A stretch of 63,359 bases of DNA from Prasinococcaceae sp. CCMP 1430 (taxonomy: Eukaryota > Plantae > Prasinodermophyta), in the NCBI GenBank assembly GCA_013416795.1, contig RQSC01000602.1, forward strand, positions 12,220-75,578, in the 5' to 3' direction. Made by a program: the position numbers and the translations under genes. The notes beneath the pieces were generated by a model. It made no database searches. It saw nothing but the letters and a program-made list of their open reading frames with translations, and had not been told where the DNA came from. The stretch's first letter is position 1. Every line of letters begins with the position of its first letter. Positions 1-11,356 of this stretch are shown in pieces.

Positions 1-11
1 CCCGAGTGCGG

Positions 12-42
<31 letters not shown>

Positions 43-260
43 GCCCGGGGCAACCGGCGGGCTTCGGACCCTACTCTTTACCCCTAATGTGCGTGCAGTC
101 AAAACAAAACCTAAACCTCTTGCGGAAGGTAGCCGAACCCTCCCTCGCCGCAATTTACCCCGATTCCAAACCCAAACCAAATCAAAAAAATCCTAGACCC
201 TGCGAGACTCTCGCCCCAATCCTGTCCAAAGTTCCAAACCTCAACGACCGTCCGCCCGCT

Positions 261-619
261 CATCAAATAGCGTGCGATGAAAGTTTTGGACGGCATCGCA
301 TGCCATTTGATCATGCGCTTCGGCGCGCATGATCAAATCGCATGCGATGAAAGTTTTGGACGGGGCCCGAAACGCACAGAAACGCGCGCATGCGCTTTGA
401 TGGTACGTTTCGAAACGTACGCCCCGAAAACGAAACGTACCATCAAATAGCATGTATGAAAGTTTTGGACGGCATCGCATGCTATTTGATCATGCGCTTC
501 GGCGCGCCTCATCAAAAAGCATGCGATGAAAGTTTTGGACGGGGCCCGAAACGTACAGAAACGCGCAGATGGGCTTTGATGGTACGTTTCGAAACGTACA
601 CCCAGAAAACGAAACGTAC
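261..619. repeat. Two tandem copies of a ~180-bp unit rich in palindromes
   Basis: Units start catcaaatagc at 261 and 441. Each carries aagttttggacgg twice and the perfect palindrome gtacgtttcgaaacgtac (403-420 in unit 1). Confidence 0.85.
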
Positions 620-751
620 CATCAAACCCATTCAAAAGTGCCAGGTCAAAAATGCACCGTCCAAAGCGTCCAAAATCCGTCCAAAAAAAGGCCCAATGCA
701 AACTCACCTCGCCCATCCTCCAAGTTTTGGATCTGCGTACGTATTGGATCT

Positions 752-920
752 GCGTGCGTTTTGACGTGTCCTCGGCGGAGCGCGTGCGTTTTGATGGTGC
801 TCTGCTTGGCGCGCGTGCGATTTGACGTGTCCTCGGCGGAGCGCGTGCGTTTTGACGGTGCTCTGCTTGGCGCGCGTGCGATTTGACGCGTCCTCGGCGG
901 AGCGCGTGCGTTTTGATGGC
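752..920. repeat. ~2.7 tandem copies of a 61-bp unit
   Basis: gtcctcggcggagcgcgtgcgttttga recurs at 768, 829 and 890 (period 61). Confidence 0.85.
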
Positions 921-1593
921 GCTCGCCCGCCACAGCTGGCGGCGCGCCCGCGGAAGCGCAGGCGCGCGCGCGGTGGGTTCCATGGAATCCATACTTTTTG
1001 CGATATAATAAGCGAATCCATGTGTTGAATAGGATGTATATTGACGAAAGGATTCCGTTTGGGCGCCGTTGGAATCGGACGGAGGGGGGCGACCCGGTCG
1101 CGCGGAGCGGGAGCGGGGCGCGCGCGCGCGGCGCGTCGCGCGGCCGTTTTCGCGGGAGGGGAAAGCGCCTCGCGAGGGGTTCAAGCGTACCAAGAACCGC
1201 GGGACGAAAGCGCGGCGCNGCGCGCTGCGGGCGCTCCGCTCCGCGCGAGGACGCGGGGCGAGATCTGCGCCTGCACCCGCGCCCCGGAGCGCGGGCGGTG
1301 CCGGCCCCTCTCAGAGACTACGCAGGGGCGCGCGCTGTGCGAGCTCGCGGCGAGAGAAAAAGAGGGTCGCCCACCTGCCGTCGTGTGCCGAGCTGCGCGC
1401 GCAGCAACCTCCAGCCTCGCGCGCCCTGCGCGCGCGGCGCGGCCAACTACCTGCTTTGGGGTGGGGGGGGTGGGAGGGGAGGGGGGGGGGAAGGAGGGGC
1501 GTCGAGCGCCGTTCGCTGGCTCGCTCACTGACACCTGCGACCGCGCACGCAACGAGCGCAGGGCACGCGCGCACGCACCCACCGGCAGGGACG

Positions 1594-2666
1594 ATGTTGA
1601 AGCGCCTCTTTGGCTCGTCCAAGGATGGCGGCAGCGGCATCGCCGCAAGCGGCAGGTGAGCGACGCGCGCCGTGGGCGCGGGACGGGGAGGACGCCGCTG
1701 CTCGTCGCGGGCGCGCTGCGCGCGTCGTCCGCCAACTGACTCGCGCGCGCTCCAACCGCCGACTCGCATCGTGCCGCATCGCGCCGTCGCAGCAGCAGAG
1801 GCGCTCCGACTGCGAAGGACACCGTGAAGACCGTCGAGCAGATGCAGTCGACGCTCGAGATGCTGGAGAAGAAGGAGCGGCTGCTGCAGAAGCGCGCGGA
1901 GCAAGAGGTCGCCAAGGCGAAGGAGTACTCGCGCGCCAAAAACAAGAGCGCGGCGCTCGCGTGTCTCAAGAAGAAGAAGCTCTATGAGCAGCAGGCAGGT
2001 GCGTGTCCTCCCGCCGGAGCGTGGCTGCGCGTGCACACCCGCGCGCAGTGCGCAGCTCGGATCGCTGGAGGATGCTGCTTTTCGCGCGCGCCCCGGCGAG
2101 CCGCGTTGGGCGCGATGGCGCCCAGTGTTCACGTCGAGTCGCTGACGATCCTCCGCCGCGCGCCTCGCCCGGGTGGCTTCGCGGTGCCCGCTTTCGTCGG
2201 CGTGCTCGCAGTGAACCTCGCAAACAACCAGATGCGCATCCACGAGAACATCTTGATGCTCGAGACAGCCAAGGCGACGACGGAGACGGTGTCGGCTCTG
2301 CGCGCGGGCGCGTCGCAGATGAAGGCGGAGCAGAAGGCGAGTGACATCAATGACGTGGACAAGGTCATGGAGGAGATCAACGATGTCACCGACATGCAGC
2401 GCGAAATCCAGGACGCGCTTGGCACGCCCGTGGGCATGGCCGCGGACCTGGACGACGACGAGCTGCTGGGCGAGCTTGACGAGCTCGAGGCTGAGGACCT
2501 GGACGACCAGATGATGGCCGGCGTGGCGCCCGCGCCGATCACCGCCGCACCCGCAGCAGCCGCGCCCGCGATGCCGTCGGTGCCCAAGGCAGCGCCCGTC
2601 GCGCCCGCCGCGGAAGCCGACGAGGACGCCGAGCTCGCGGCCCTCGAGGCGGAGATGGCGCTGTGA
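1594..2666 (+). CDS. VPS32: ESCRT-III subunit Snf7/Vps32 (CHMP4), 3 exons
   Basis: Exons ~1594-1655, 1793-1998, 2212-2666 with GT-AG ends. MLKRLFG start, LEMLEKKERLLQK, KKKKLYEQQ, ATTETVSALRAGA, DDDELLGELDELE and C-terminal DEDAELAALEAEM match plant VPS32. Confidence 0.95.
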
Positions 2667-2967
2667 GCGAGCGCGCCCACCGCACGCACCGCGCGTCGAC
2701 GGGCGCTCGCGGCGCTCTGCACGTCACCCTGTAACAACCCCCTGTCAGAATTGCTTCGACTGGGAGCGGATCCGTGCGTGGCCGCGCGCGCGCGCCGGCC
2801 TCGCGACTCGCGTGTGCCGTGAGGTTGTGTGCCCAAACTGCCGTCGATTATGTATGGTAAGGCGCAGCAGTTGCGGCGAGGGCGCCACCGAGGAGGAAAG
2901 CAGATATTAGACAAGGTGTGTTGCTCGGGGGGACCCGGCGGTCCGCCCCTTGTCTGTGTTTGCTGCT

Positions 2968-3961
2968 TTACGCCTTGACGGCGAACTTGCGCTGCGGGAA
3001 GGCCGACTTGGCCTTCTTGGCCTTGGCGGTCACGGCGCCCGCCTGCGTCTTGGTGAGCTTCCTGCGGAGCGCGCGCGTCTTCTTCTCGCGGAGGTCGAGG
3101 GGCACGTACTTCTTGCCCTCGAACGCCTTGCGCAGCTCCGACTTGACCATCTGCGAGATCACGGTGTTCACCTGCGCGATGGCGAGGCGCACCACCTTGA
3201 TCTTGGACAGCTTGTTGGGCGCGCCGCCGGTCACCTTGGCGACGCGCAGCGCGGCGAGCTCCGTCTTGAGCTCCTTAAGCTGCGTCTCCAGGTCCGCCTT
3301 GGACTTGGTGCGGAGCTCGTGGACCTTGACCTTGACTGTGGGATTGCGAGCGAGCGAGCGAGCGGGCGCGGCGACGGATGGGCGGGGCAAACGTCAGCAA
3401 AAGTCCGATCGGCACAGCATGTCGGAGAGGGCCACCGCACGCAAGCGCAGGTGGTCGCGAGTCGCGGCGGTGTGCGCGCAAAGGCGTGCGCCCGCCGGCA
3501 CGCGGATTTGCGGGGCGGGGCGGCGCGCCGCGCATCCGCCGCACTGCCGCTCACAGGCAAGCCTTAGAACGCAAGCGATGGCGGCGGGNNNNNNNNNNNN
3601 NNNNNNNNNNNNNNNNNNNNNNNNNNNNNNNNNNNNNNNNNNNNNNNNNNNNNNNNNNNNNNNNNNNNNNNNNNNNNNNNNNNNNNNNNNNNNNNNNNNN
3701 NNNNNNNNNNNNNNNNNNNNNNNNNNNNNNNNNNNNNNNNNNNNNNNNNNNNNNNNNNNNNNNNNNNNNNNNNNNNNNNNNNNNNNNNNNNNNNNNNNNN
3801 NNNNNNNNNNNNNNNNNNNNNNNNNNNNNNNNNNNNNNNNNNNNNNNNNNNNNNNNNNNNNNNNNNNNNNNCCTCCGAGCTCCCCCCCCTCCCCAGCACG
3901 CACACACACACCGCCCGCCCAGGCGCGCCTTCCCGCTGCGCGACGCGCGCGACGCACCCAT
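2968..3961 (-). CDS. RPL35: 60S ribosomal protein L35 (uL29)
   Basis: Main exon 3335-2968 reads [12 protein letters not shown]...[19 protein letters not shown]...[16 protein letters not shown]...[10 protein letters not shown]. Probable micro-exon ATGG at 3961-3958 followed by a GTGCGT donor; the intron spans an N gap. Confidence 0.95.
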
Positions 3962-5323
3962 CGTGAGCGGCGGGGGGTGAGCACTGCGCGCAGTGTGGCG
4001 CGCGCGCGCCGGCCCGCATGCGCGCCCCCCCCTCACGCGCGCGCGCGCGCCCGCCGGCGTCGCGGCAGCCAACGCGCGGAAAACAGAGCGTTTTGCCGTT
4101 CGGATCCGTTTGATGGAAAATTCGCATGCGAATGAAAAACCGCACGCGTTTTCAGGTCACCCCTCCCTCCGATTTTGATTTTGATTTTTTGTTTTGTTTT
4201 TAATTTCGCGTTCGAGCGGACCTCTCCGCGGAGTTGGGAAATTCCGCGGAAAAAAAGTTTGGGCGCGTTTGACTCCGTCGAATCGGGCGCCGCGCGCGGC
4301 CCGATGCTCTTTTGGCACCGCGCGCCGCCGCGAGCAAATCGCGGATGGATGACATTCGAATCCGTCGAATGTTTTTTGCCCCGAAAATATTTATTTCGGT
4401 CTGTTTCGTTCCTCTGGATAAGAAGCTGCGCTGGCGGCGCGTCGTTCGGTCAACCTCCATGCGATTTGGGCGTGCAATGTCAAATCTCACGCAATAAGAG
4501 CCGTATCACGCCCCACGCGCGAGGCATTCGCACGTCACAATTAGTTGAAAGCTGGCGCAGGTCGTTTCGCGTGCGCTTTCGGACGCGCGCGCGCGCGCCT
4601 CGTCGATGCCGGCGATGCGATGCGATGCGGTGCGATGCGGTGCGGTGCGTTGCCCGCCACACCGCGCGCGTGCCGAGCCAATCCCCTGGTGGAGCCGACC
4701 CTCCGGCCGCCTCCCGCGGAGGAGGAGGAGCGCGCCGCCGTCGCGAAGGGCCGGGGGCAGCCGGCGCGTAGCGCCCGCCGGGTGCCCCCGCGGGCTGGGA
4801 GCGGGGGNNNNNNNNNNNNNNNNNNNNNNNNNNNNNNNNNNNNNNNNNNNNNNNNNNNNNNNNNNNNNNNNNNNNNNNNNNNNNNNNNNNNNNNNNNNNN
4901 NNNNNNNNNNNNNNNNNNNNNNNNNNNNNNNNNNNNNNNNNNNNNNNNNNNNNNNNNNNNNNNNNNNNNNNNNNNNNNNNNNNNNNNNNNNNNNNNNNNN
5001 NNNNNNNNNNNNNNNNNNNNNNNNNNNNNNNNNNNNNNNNNNNNNNNNNNNNNNNNNNNNNNNNNNNNNNNNNNNNNNNNNNNNNNNNNNNNNNNNNNNN
5101 NNNNNNNNNNNNNNNNNNNNNNNNNNNNNNNNNNNNNNNNNNNNNNNNNNGCGGCGGCAGGGGGGGTCCGCGGGCGGGCCGGCGCGCGCGCCCGCGCGCG
5201 CGCATGTGTTGGGATCGCGGCCGCGCGCGCGCAAGCGCTCGAGGCAGCGATGCTGACCGGCGCCGTCGTGCACCCACACCCACGCACACACACATCCCAC
5301 CCCACCGCCACGCGCGCACACAG

Positions 5324-6465
5324 GATGACGACAACTTCGGGCTGGTAGACCCCGAGGCCGAGCGCAAGAAGGCCGAGGAGGAGGCGGCAGCCAAGGCGGC
5401 CGCCGAGGCAGCCGCCAAGGCCGAGGAGGAGGGCGAGGATGAGACGCCCGAGGTGAACGCGGAGCTCGCCGCGATCGAAGATATGCTCGAGGACGAGCCC
5501 GAGGACGCCGAGGCGGCGGCAGCTGCGGAGGCCGCCGCCGAGGCGGAGGCCAAGGAGGAGGCGGAGCGACTCAGGCGGGAGGCTGAGGAAAAGGCCGCGA
5601 AGGCTGCGGCGGAGAAGGTGCGAGAGGGGCGCGGATGGGCGTGCTGCTCCACGGATGTGTCTCGTGTGTGCGCGCGGGCGCGCGCGGGCGTGTCTGTTGG
5701 TCGCTGCGCTCCGCAATGTCCTCGGAGACGAAGAAAATTGAGAGACCTGAGATGAGTGGGCGATACACCCACGATGCTTCCAACATCAATGCGGTTATGA
5801 GCCCGAGAGGACAGCGGCGCGTGTGATTCGTGCGTGCGGGTCGGTGGGTGGATGGAGAGGTGGTCGGCGGCGGTGTGTGCACATGTTTCAAGGGGGCGCG
5901 CGTGTGCGATCGCCTCCCGTGCGCACGGGCGCCGCTGCTTGCGGGCGGGCGGCTGACGCGGGCGCCGCCCTCCCGCTCCGTGCGTGTCTGTGTGCGTGTG
6001 TGCCAGGCGGCCGCCGCGGAGGCCGCTCGCACGCTGAGCAAGAAGGAGCTCAAGGCGAAGGAGATGGCCGAGCTCGACTCGGTGTTCGCCGAAATGGGCA
6101 TCAACGTGGCGGACAAGAAAGAGGGTCAGGGCGAGAGTAAGAACGCCAAGAAGAAGAAGAAGAAGAAGGCCGCTGCCGCAAGCAAGGCCAGCGAGGGCGT
6201 GGACGGCGGCGAGCAGCAGCAGGCGGAGGCGCCCGAGGCAGCCGAGGAGCCCGCGCCGGAGGAGCCCGCGGCGGCGCCCATCGATCCGGCGGAGGCCAAG
6301 CGGCGGCTGATGGAGGCGCGGGCGAAGGCCGCCAAGGGGAAGAAGGGCGGCGGTGGGGCGGCCAGCGCGGCGGCCAAGGAGGCGGCGGCGCGCAACGCGA
6401 AGGCGGCCGCGGCCAAGAAGAAGGACAAGAAGACCCACAACCAGGCCCCGCGGCCGCGTGAATAA
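5324..6465 (+). CDS. Conserved green-lineage Glu/Lys-rich protein of unknown function (resembles At2g25670/At4g32610 family); 5' end in gap
   Basis: Exons 5324-5617 and 6007-6465. LSKKELKAKEMAELDSVFAEMG, SKNAKKKKKKK and AAKEAAARNAKAAAAKKKDKKTHNQAP recall the plant family from memory. Confidence 0.65.
5706..5820 (+). ncRNA. Candidate intronic structured RNA (snoRNA-like, class uncertain)
   Basis: AT-balanced island inside a GC-rich intron. Closing stem tgtc-ctcgg (5717-5725) with ccgag-ag-gaca (5803-5813), inner hairpin gtggg/cccac, CTGA at 5747 and ACA near the 3' end. Confidence 0.3.
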
Positions 6466-6829
6466 GGCGCGACTGAGGCGGGAGAGTGCGGCGATTGGAT
6501 TCGCACTCGCGCGCACGCATGCGCGCAAGCACGCACGGACGCATGCTCGCGGGCACACACACACATACACACCACAGCAACGCACGCTGCGACGAAACCA
6601 GGTGTGTGGGCGGGGGGGAAAGAGGACCGGGCGTCGAGTGTGCCCGCGTTGTAATGGATTGTCGGCGCGCCGCGCGCACACGCGTGGCGTCGCGCGGCCA
6701 TTTTTCCTCCGTGCGGACTTACTTGCCTCCATGCGCGAGCCTGCATGCATGCGCGGCGCGCATGCACTGCGTATGGACCGTACCAGCTTCGTCCCATATT
6801 GCATCGACACGCGGCCGTCCGCTCGCCTT

Positions 6830-9800
6830 TCAAGGCAGCAGCTGTTGCGCGCCGCTCACGCCCAAGCCCTCGCACATGAAGCCGAAGCGCCTCGCAGAGC
6901 CGCCATCGTGCGCGTGCTGGTGAGGATGCGCGTGCGCGTGGGCACGCGCGTGTCTGACCACCGATGCCGCGACGGGCTCGACCGCCAGCCACGAGGGCGG
7001 CGGCGTGCCCGCGACCGGCGCACTTCTTGCACGCGTCGCAATCTGTGGGTCCTGCGGCACGAGTAGCGCACTGCGCCCGAAGTCGCCGCCACCAAGCGGC
7101 CATTGTGCCCCGGACGCCGCTGCGAGCCTCTCTGAGGCCGTCGCATGCAGCGCACTTCGACGTGAATTCATGACGCCGTGGCTGAGCGCCTCCGTGTATC
7201 CTATAGGGTCGAGCGCTGCCAGCGTCGTCCTGGCGCCACCGCCGACGCTACCCGCACCGACGCTCTTCACGCGCCCGCCCGCTTGTACCAACGCGCGCCG
7301 GCTGCGCGGCGCCACGGCGCTCCTGAGCGCGCTGCCCACGCCATGCACAGAGCTTCCCCCGTGCGAGCGCCGGGCGGGCGAGAACGATGACATCATGGAC
7401 GAGCGTATGTGCGGGCCTCCTGCGCGCGCGTCGGCACCCGCACCCACGCCCGCATGCGCCATCGCACGCGCCTCGCCGAGGTGGCGATTGAGGCGTGTGT
7501 CTAGCGCGCGCGGTGCCGCCAAGGCGCCCGCGCTCGCGTTCGCGCGACCGGCCGCGTCGACGCGAGCGCCCGCTGTCGAGCTCACGTACGTAGCCGTTGC
7601 CGCCACCACCTCGGCCATGCCACGCCGCACAGCCACCATAGCGGCTGCCAGCCGTCGCGAGTTGCCGTTGCCGCCGCCGCCCACGCTTGACGCCGACGAC
7701 GAGCGCGAAATGGTAGTAGTGGCGCATGGTTGGCGCCCAACGCCGACGCGCGGGAGCGCCGATGCCGACGCCAGCCGCGGGGCGCCCGATGCTTGCGGGG
7801 ATGCGCTCGGCGCGCCCTTCGCCTCGGCGGCCGAGGGAGCTTCCTCGCCCGTGTAACTACCACTGTCGCTGCCCCTGCTTCCGTTCCTACTATCCTTGCC
7901 GCGCCCTTGCACGGCGTCGGCGCGCTCACGCTTGGCGGTGGCCACTGTGCGCGAGCGTGGCCCCGTGGGAGCGTCCTCGCCCGTGTAACTACCACTGTCG
8001 CTGCCCCTGCTTCCGCTCCTATTACCCGTGCCGCGCCCGTGCACGGCATCGGCGCGCTCACGCTTGGCGGGGTCCACTGCGCGCGAGCGTGGGACCGTGG
8101 GCGGCGGTGGCCCGCCGCGCTCCGCCACCCGCCGCATGGACGCCGATTTGCGGTCAAGCGCGGCCTGTGTGCGCCCGATGCATGAGTGTCGATCGAAGAC
8201 ACCCTTGGAGACCTCTAGTAGCCGCGCGTAGCGCTCGGCGAGCGAGGTTGCCAGCTGGTCGTCGCTGTTCTCGTTTGCGCCCAGCACTGGGTAGATGCGC
8301 TGGAAGCCACCGCAGTTCGCATCCTCGTAGGCCACGCGCGCCTCGAGGTCGCGCGTGTCGCGCGCGCGACCTCGCCTGTCGCCAGAGCCCGCGGGGGCGG
8401 CCGCCGCCGCGTTATCGCCAATGCCCTTCGCCGCGCCCTTGGCGGCGCCCTTCGTCGCTCTGCTCGCCGCGCTGCTCGCCGCACTACCGGTGCGCGATTG
8501 CGCGGCCGCCTCGCCTTTGCCTTCCGCCTTTCTACCTCCCTTCCCGCCGCCGCTCCTGCCATCTTTCCCTCCACCGTCCGTTGCGCGCCGCTTGGGGGTG
8601 TACAACCGCCGGCGCATGTCGCTGCGCTCCGCGGCGCGCGCCTTGTTCACCGCGGCGCGGTCGACCTTGGCGAGTGCCAGCGTGTCCTCAATGAGCGCCG
8701 TCTTGATCTGCAGGTCGAGCGCGGTGTCCGTTTGGAAGGACGGCGAGTGGTTGACCTCGATGAGCCACGGGCGCAGCTTCCAGTCGAGCATGACGTCGAG
8801 CCCAAGCAGCTCAAAGCACTTGAAGCCGTCGTCGTCCTCGTGTTGGGCCGTGCACTGGCGGTAGTTGTGCGCGAGGAGCGGCTGCGCGCTGATGAGCGTC
8901 TTGATGACCAGGTCCTTGATCTTCGCCCACAGCGCGTCCACATCTTGCCCCTCACTCGCCAGGTAGTCGACGAAGGTCGAGAGTGCCCACTTGGAGTCCG
9001 CATCGTCCTTTCCCTCCACGCCGCCCTCGTTGAATTTGAAGTTTTCGTTGTGCTTGTTGACTGCATAATTGGTGAGGTGCATGCACACCTGGTCGAGGTT
9101 GGAGCTCTTGGGCGCCGCGTAGGCCTCCGTGCAGAAGCGCACCAGCCCCTCATCGTACAGGAAAATGCGCAGCGGGTCCACCGACAGCACGAGCACGTAC
9201 AGCCGCAGGTCAAACTTGTGGCCGTTCACGAGGAACGGCTTGTGCAGGTAGCGCTGCGCCACCAGGTTGCTGCACGAGTGCGCAGCATACGAACGCATGG
9301 CGGCCTCGACCGCGGCCGCGCTCTGGACCAGCGTGATGCCCTTGCCCTGGCAGCCTGCGTCGGGCTTCAGGATGAACGTCTTCCGCTTGCCGCGCTCGAA
9401 CTGCGCCAGCAGCTCGTCCATCTCTGCGGGCAGCTGGAACGACCGCGGCGAGAAGCCGTACTCGTCGGGCGCGAGCTTCTGCATGCGCCCCAGGTTCTTC
9501 GCCAGCGACTTCTTTCGGCAGATTTCCAGCATTCCCGCGAAGTGGTTGATCCTCTGCACGCGCCGCAGGCGCATCACGCGCTCCATAGACACCGACGTGT
9601 CCGTCCAGTACACGTGCCACTCGTCGTCGTCGCCGCCGACCTCCCTCCACCCCAGCCGACGCTGCACGGAGCGCAGCAGGGCATACTTGCAGTTGCCCAG
9701 GTGGATGGCGATCACCGTGCGGCGCTTCTTCTTCTTGCGCCTGACGACGCGCTTGCCGTCGGCTCCCGCAACGGAGGCCCCCGCAGCAGGGTCGCCCGAG

Positions 9801-9862
9801 GGTGGCCCCGACTGCGCGCCGGCGCCACCCGCCGAAGGCGGCGGCGAGCCCGGCGCCGCCAT
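6830..9862 (-). CDS. Tubulin polyglutamylase, TTLL6/TTLL13-like, with long low-complexity C-terminus
   Basis: TTL motifs QRINHFAGM, FILKPDAGCQGKGI, QRYLHKPFLVNGHKFDLRLYVLV, CMHLTNYAVNK, FELLGLDVMLD, WLIEVNHSPS, GGFQRIYP. Confidence 0.92.
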   Translation of the reverse strand: MAAPGSPPPSAGGAGAQSGPPSGDPAAGASVAGADGKRVVRRKKKKRRTVIAIHLGNCKYALLRSVQRRLGWREVGGDDDEWHVYWTDTSVSMERVMRLRRVQRINHFAGMLEICRKKSLAKNLGRMQKLAPDEYGFSPRSFQLPAEMDELLAQFERGKRKTFILKPDAGCQGKGITLVQSAAAVEAAMRSYAAHSCSNLVAQRYLHKPFLVNGHKFDLRLYVLVLSVDPLRIFLYDEGLVRFCTEAYAAPKSSNLDQVCMHLTNYAVNKHNENFKFNEGGVEGKDDADSKWALSTFVDYLASEGQDVDALWAKIKDLVIKTLISAQPLLAHNYRQCTAQHEDDDGFKCFELLGLDVMLDWKLRPWLIEVNHSPSFQTDTALDLQIKTALIEDTLALAKVDRAAVNKARAAERSDMRRRLYTPKRRATDGGGKDGRSGGGKGGRKAEGKGEAAAQSRTGSAASSAASRATKGAAKGAAKGIGDNAAAAAPAGSGDRRGRARDTRDLEARVAYEDANCGGFQRIYPVLGANENSDDQLATSLAERYARLLEVSKGVFDRHSCIGRTQAALDRKSASMRRVAERGGPPPPTVPRSRAVDPAKRERADAVHGRGTGNRSGSRGSDSGSYTGEDAPTGPRSRTVATAKRERADAVQGRGKDSRNGSRGSDSGSYTGEEAPSAAEAKGAPSASPQASGAPRLASASALPRVGVGRQPCATTTISRSSSASSVGGGGNGNSRRLAAAMVAVRRGMAEVVAATATYVSSTAGARVDAAGRANASAGALAAPRALDTRLNRHLGEARAMAHAGVGAGADARAGGPHIRSSMMSSFSPARRSHGGSSVHGVGSALRSAVAPRSRRALVQAGGRVKSVGAGSVGGGARTTLAALDPIGYTEALSHGVMNSRRSALHATASERLAAASGAQWPLGGGDFGRSALLVPQDPQIATRARSAPVAGTPPPSWLAVEPVAASVVRHARAHAHAHPHQHAHDGGSARRFGFMCEGLGVSGAQQLLP
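7836..8100 (-). repeat. 132-bp in-frame tandem duplication in the TTLL tail
   Basis: ggagc.tcctcgcccgtgtaactac at 7836 and 7968; the peptide KRERADAV.GRG...GSRGSDSGSYTGE occurs twice. Confidence 0.9.
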
Positions 9863-9892
9863 CTTCGCCGTCGTCGCCGTCAGCAGCTCCGC

Positions 9893-10598
9893 CTGCGGGA
9901 TGGATGGGGGCGGGGGCTACCATGTCCTCGCCGACAGCGGCGGTGGGCATGGTTGGCATCGCGCAGGCGGGCACGCGCAGGTGAATGCTGAACGTAGAGC
10001 CCTCGCCCACTTTCGACTCCAGCTCGAGCTTGCCGCCGTGCAAATCCACGATGATGCGGCAGAGGTAGAGCCCGAGGCCGCTCGAGTGTTTTGCATTGCG
10101 GCGCAGACCCGCGCGCGTCTGCGAGTACGGCTGGAAGAGCCGCGAGGAGTCGTCGTTTGATATGCCGCAGCCGGTGTCGGCCACGCTCAGGTCGACCTCG
10201 ACCATGCACGTCGGCTGCATCGCGTCGTCGGCGCCCCGCTCGCCTGTCCCCCCGCCGCCCGCGGCGGGGGCGTCCCCTTCGACGATCCTGGCCGCGTACG
10301 TGACCGTGACGGAGCCGCCTTCGGGCGTGAACTTGGCTGCGTTGGACAGCAGGTTGTTGATGACCTGCCCTATTCTGAAGGGGTCGAGCACCAGGGCGTG
10401 GGTGTTCAGGAACGCCCGCGTGTTCTCCGAGGCGACCAAGCTGAGCTTCACGCCCGCCGCCGAGAACACGCCTTTCTGCGTGGACACCTCGCGCTCGATC
10501 AGGGCGCCGCAGTGCGCCGCCTCGCTGCAGAGGACAAGCATCTGCTCCTCGTGCTTCATGACGTCGAGCACGTCGTCCAAGACGCGCTGCACGACGGT
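9893..10598 (-). CDS. Histidine kinase fragment (end of HisKA plus HATPase_c); 5' part lost at the n join 10599
   Basis: VLDDVLDVMK (HisKA end), N box QVINNLLSNAAKFT, G1 box VADTGCGI, F box LFQPY, G2 box SGLGLYLC, HGGKLELESKVGEGSTF. No receiver domain or stop follows. Confidence 0.85.
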
Positions 10599-10766
10599 NG
10601 TGCGAGGGCGCGCGCGTGGGCGCGTGGGCGCGGTGCTGACGCGATCGCCCGCCGATGCGCGCAACGCGACCTCTCCGCGCCTGTGTGTGCGCGCGCGTGC
10701 GTGCGTGCGTGCGGCGCGCGCGCGTGCGCGCGCGTGGGTGTTGCTGCGCGTCCCGCAGCAGCGACC

Positions 10767-11206
10767 ATGGGCCTCAAGGAGGACTTCGACAAGGCGGCCG
10801 AGGAGGCCAAGGCGCTGCCCGCGTCGACCTCGCAGGAGGATCAGCTCATCCTCTACGGCCTCTTCAAGCAGGTGGGCGCGCGCGCGGCCGTGCGATTGAT
10901 CGCGCGCGGCAACGTGTGCGTGTCCGCGCGCGTGCGTGCTATCGTGCGTGGGCGCGGCGTGGGCGCCGGGCTCACGCGAGCTCTCTCCACCCCCCCCCCC
11001 CTCCCCCACTCCACCCCTCCCTTTCTCCCTCCGTCGCGCGCGCGCGCCCTCAGGCCAACATCGGCGACAACACCGCGCCCAAGCCCGGCATGCTCGACTT
11101 CAAGGGCAAGGCCAAGTGGGAGGCCTACAGCAAGAACAAGGGCATGTCCAAGGACGAGGCCATGGAGAACTACATCGCCAAGGTCGCCGAGCTGCAGGAG
11201 GCGTAG
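10767..11206 (+). CDS. ACBP: Small acyl-CoA-binding protein, 2 exons, 85 aa
   Basis: Exons 10767-10871 and 11054-11206 give [17 protein letters not shown]...[15 protein letters not shown]...[15 protein letters not shown]. Confidence 0.95.
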
Positions 11207-11356
11207 GGAGCTGCCCCGCCGCGTAACGAAGCGCTCCTTGCGCTCATGGGGCACAGCGCGCAGTGGCACGCCGCTGGCGACGGCGGTGGGCGGTGCTACA
11301 CAGCTACAGTGTGTTTTCTTGAAGAGGCGGCAACAGCCCACGCGCAGTCCGCTTGC

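Noticed and set aside
3990-4560. Short palindromes in AT-rich spacers (attcgcatgcgaat, ccgcgg..ccgcgg; also 960-1080, 16250-16330, 39100-39450) as ncRNA genes
   Set aside because: They sit between divergent gene starts and look like promoter regions; stems are short and not nested.
5740-5800. TPP riboswitch in the intron (CTGAGA word)
   Set aside because: The downstream CCC..AACCTGA and GGGA core elements are missing.
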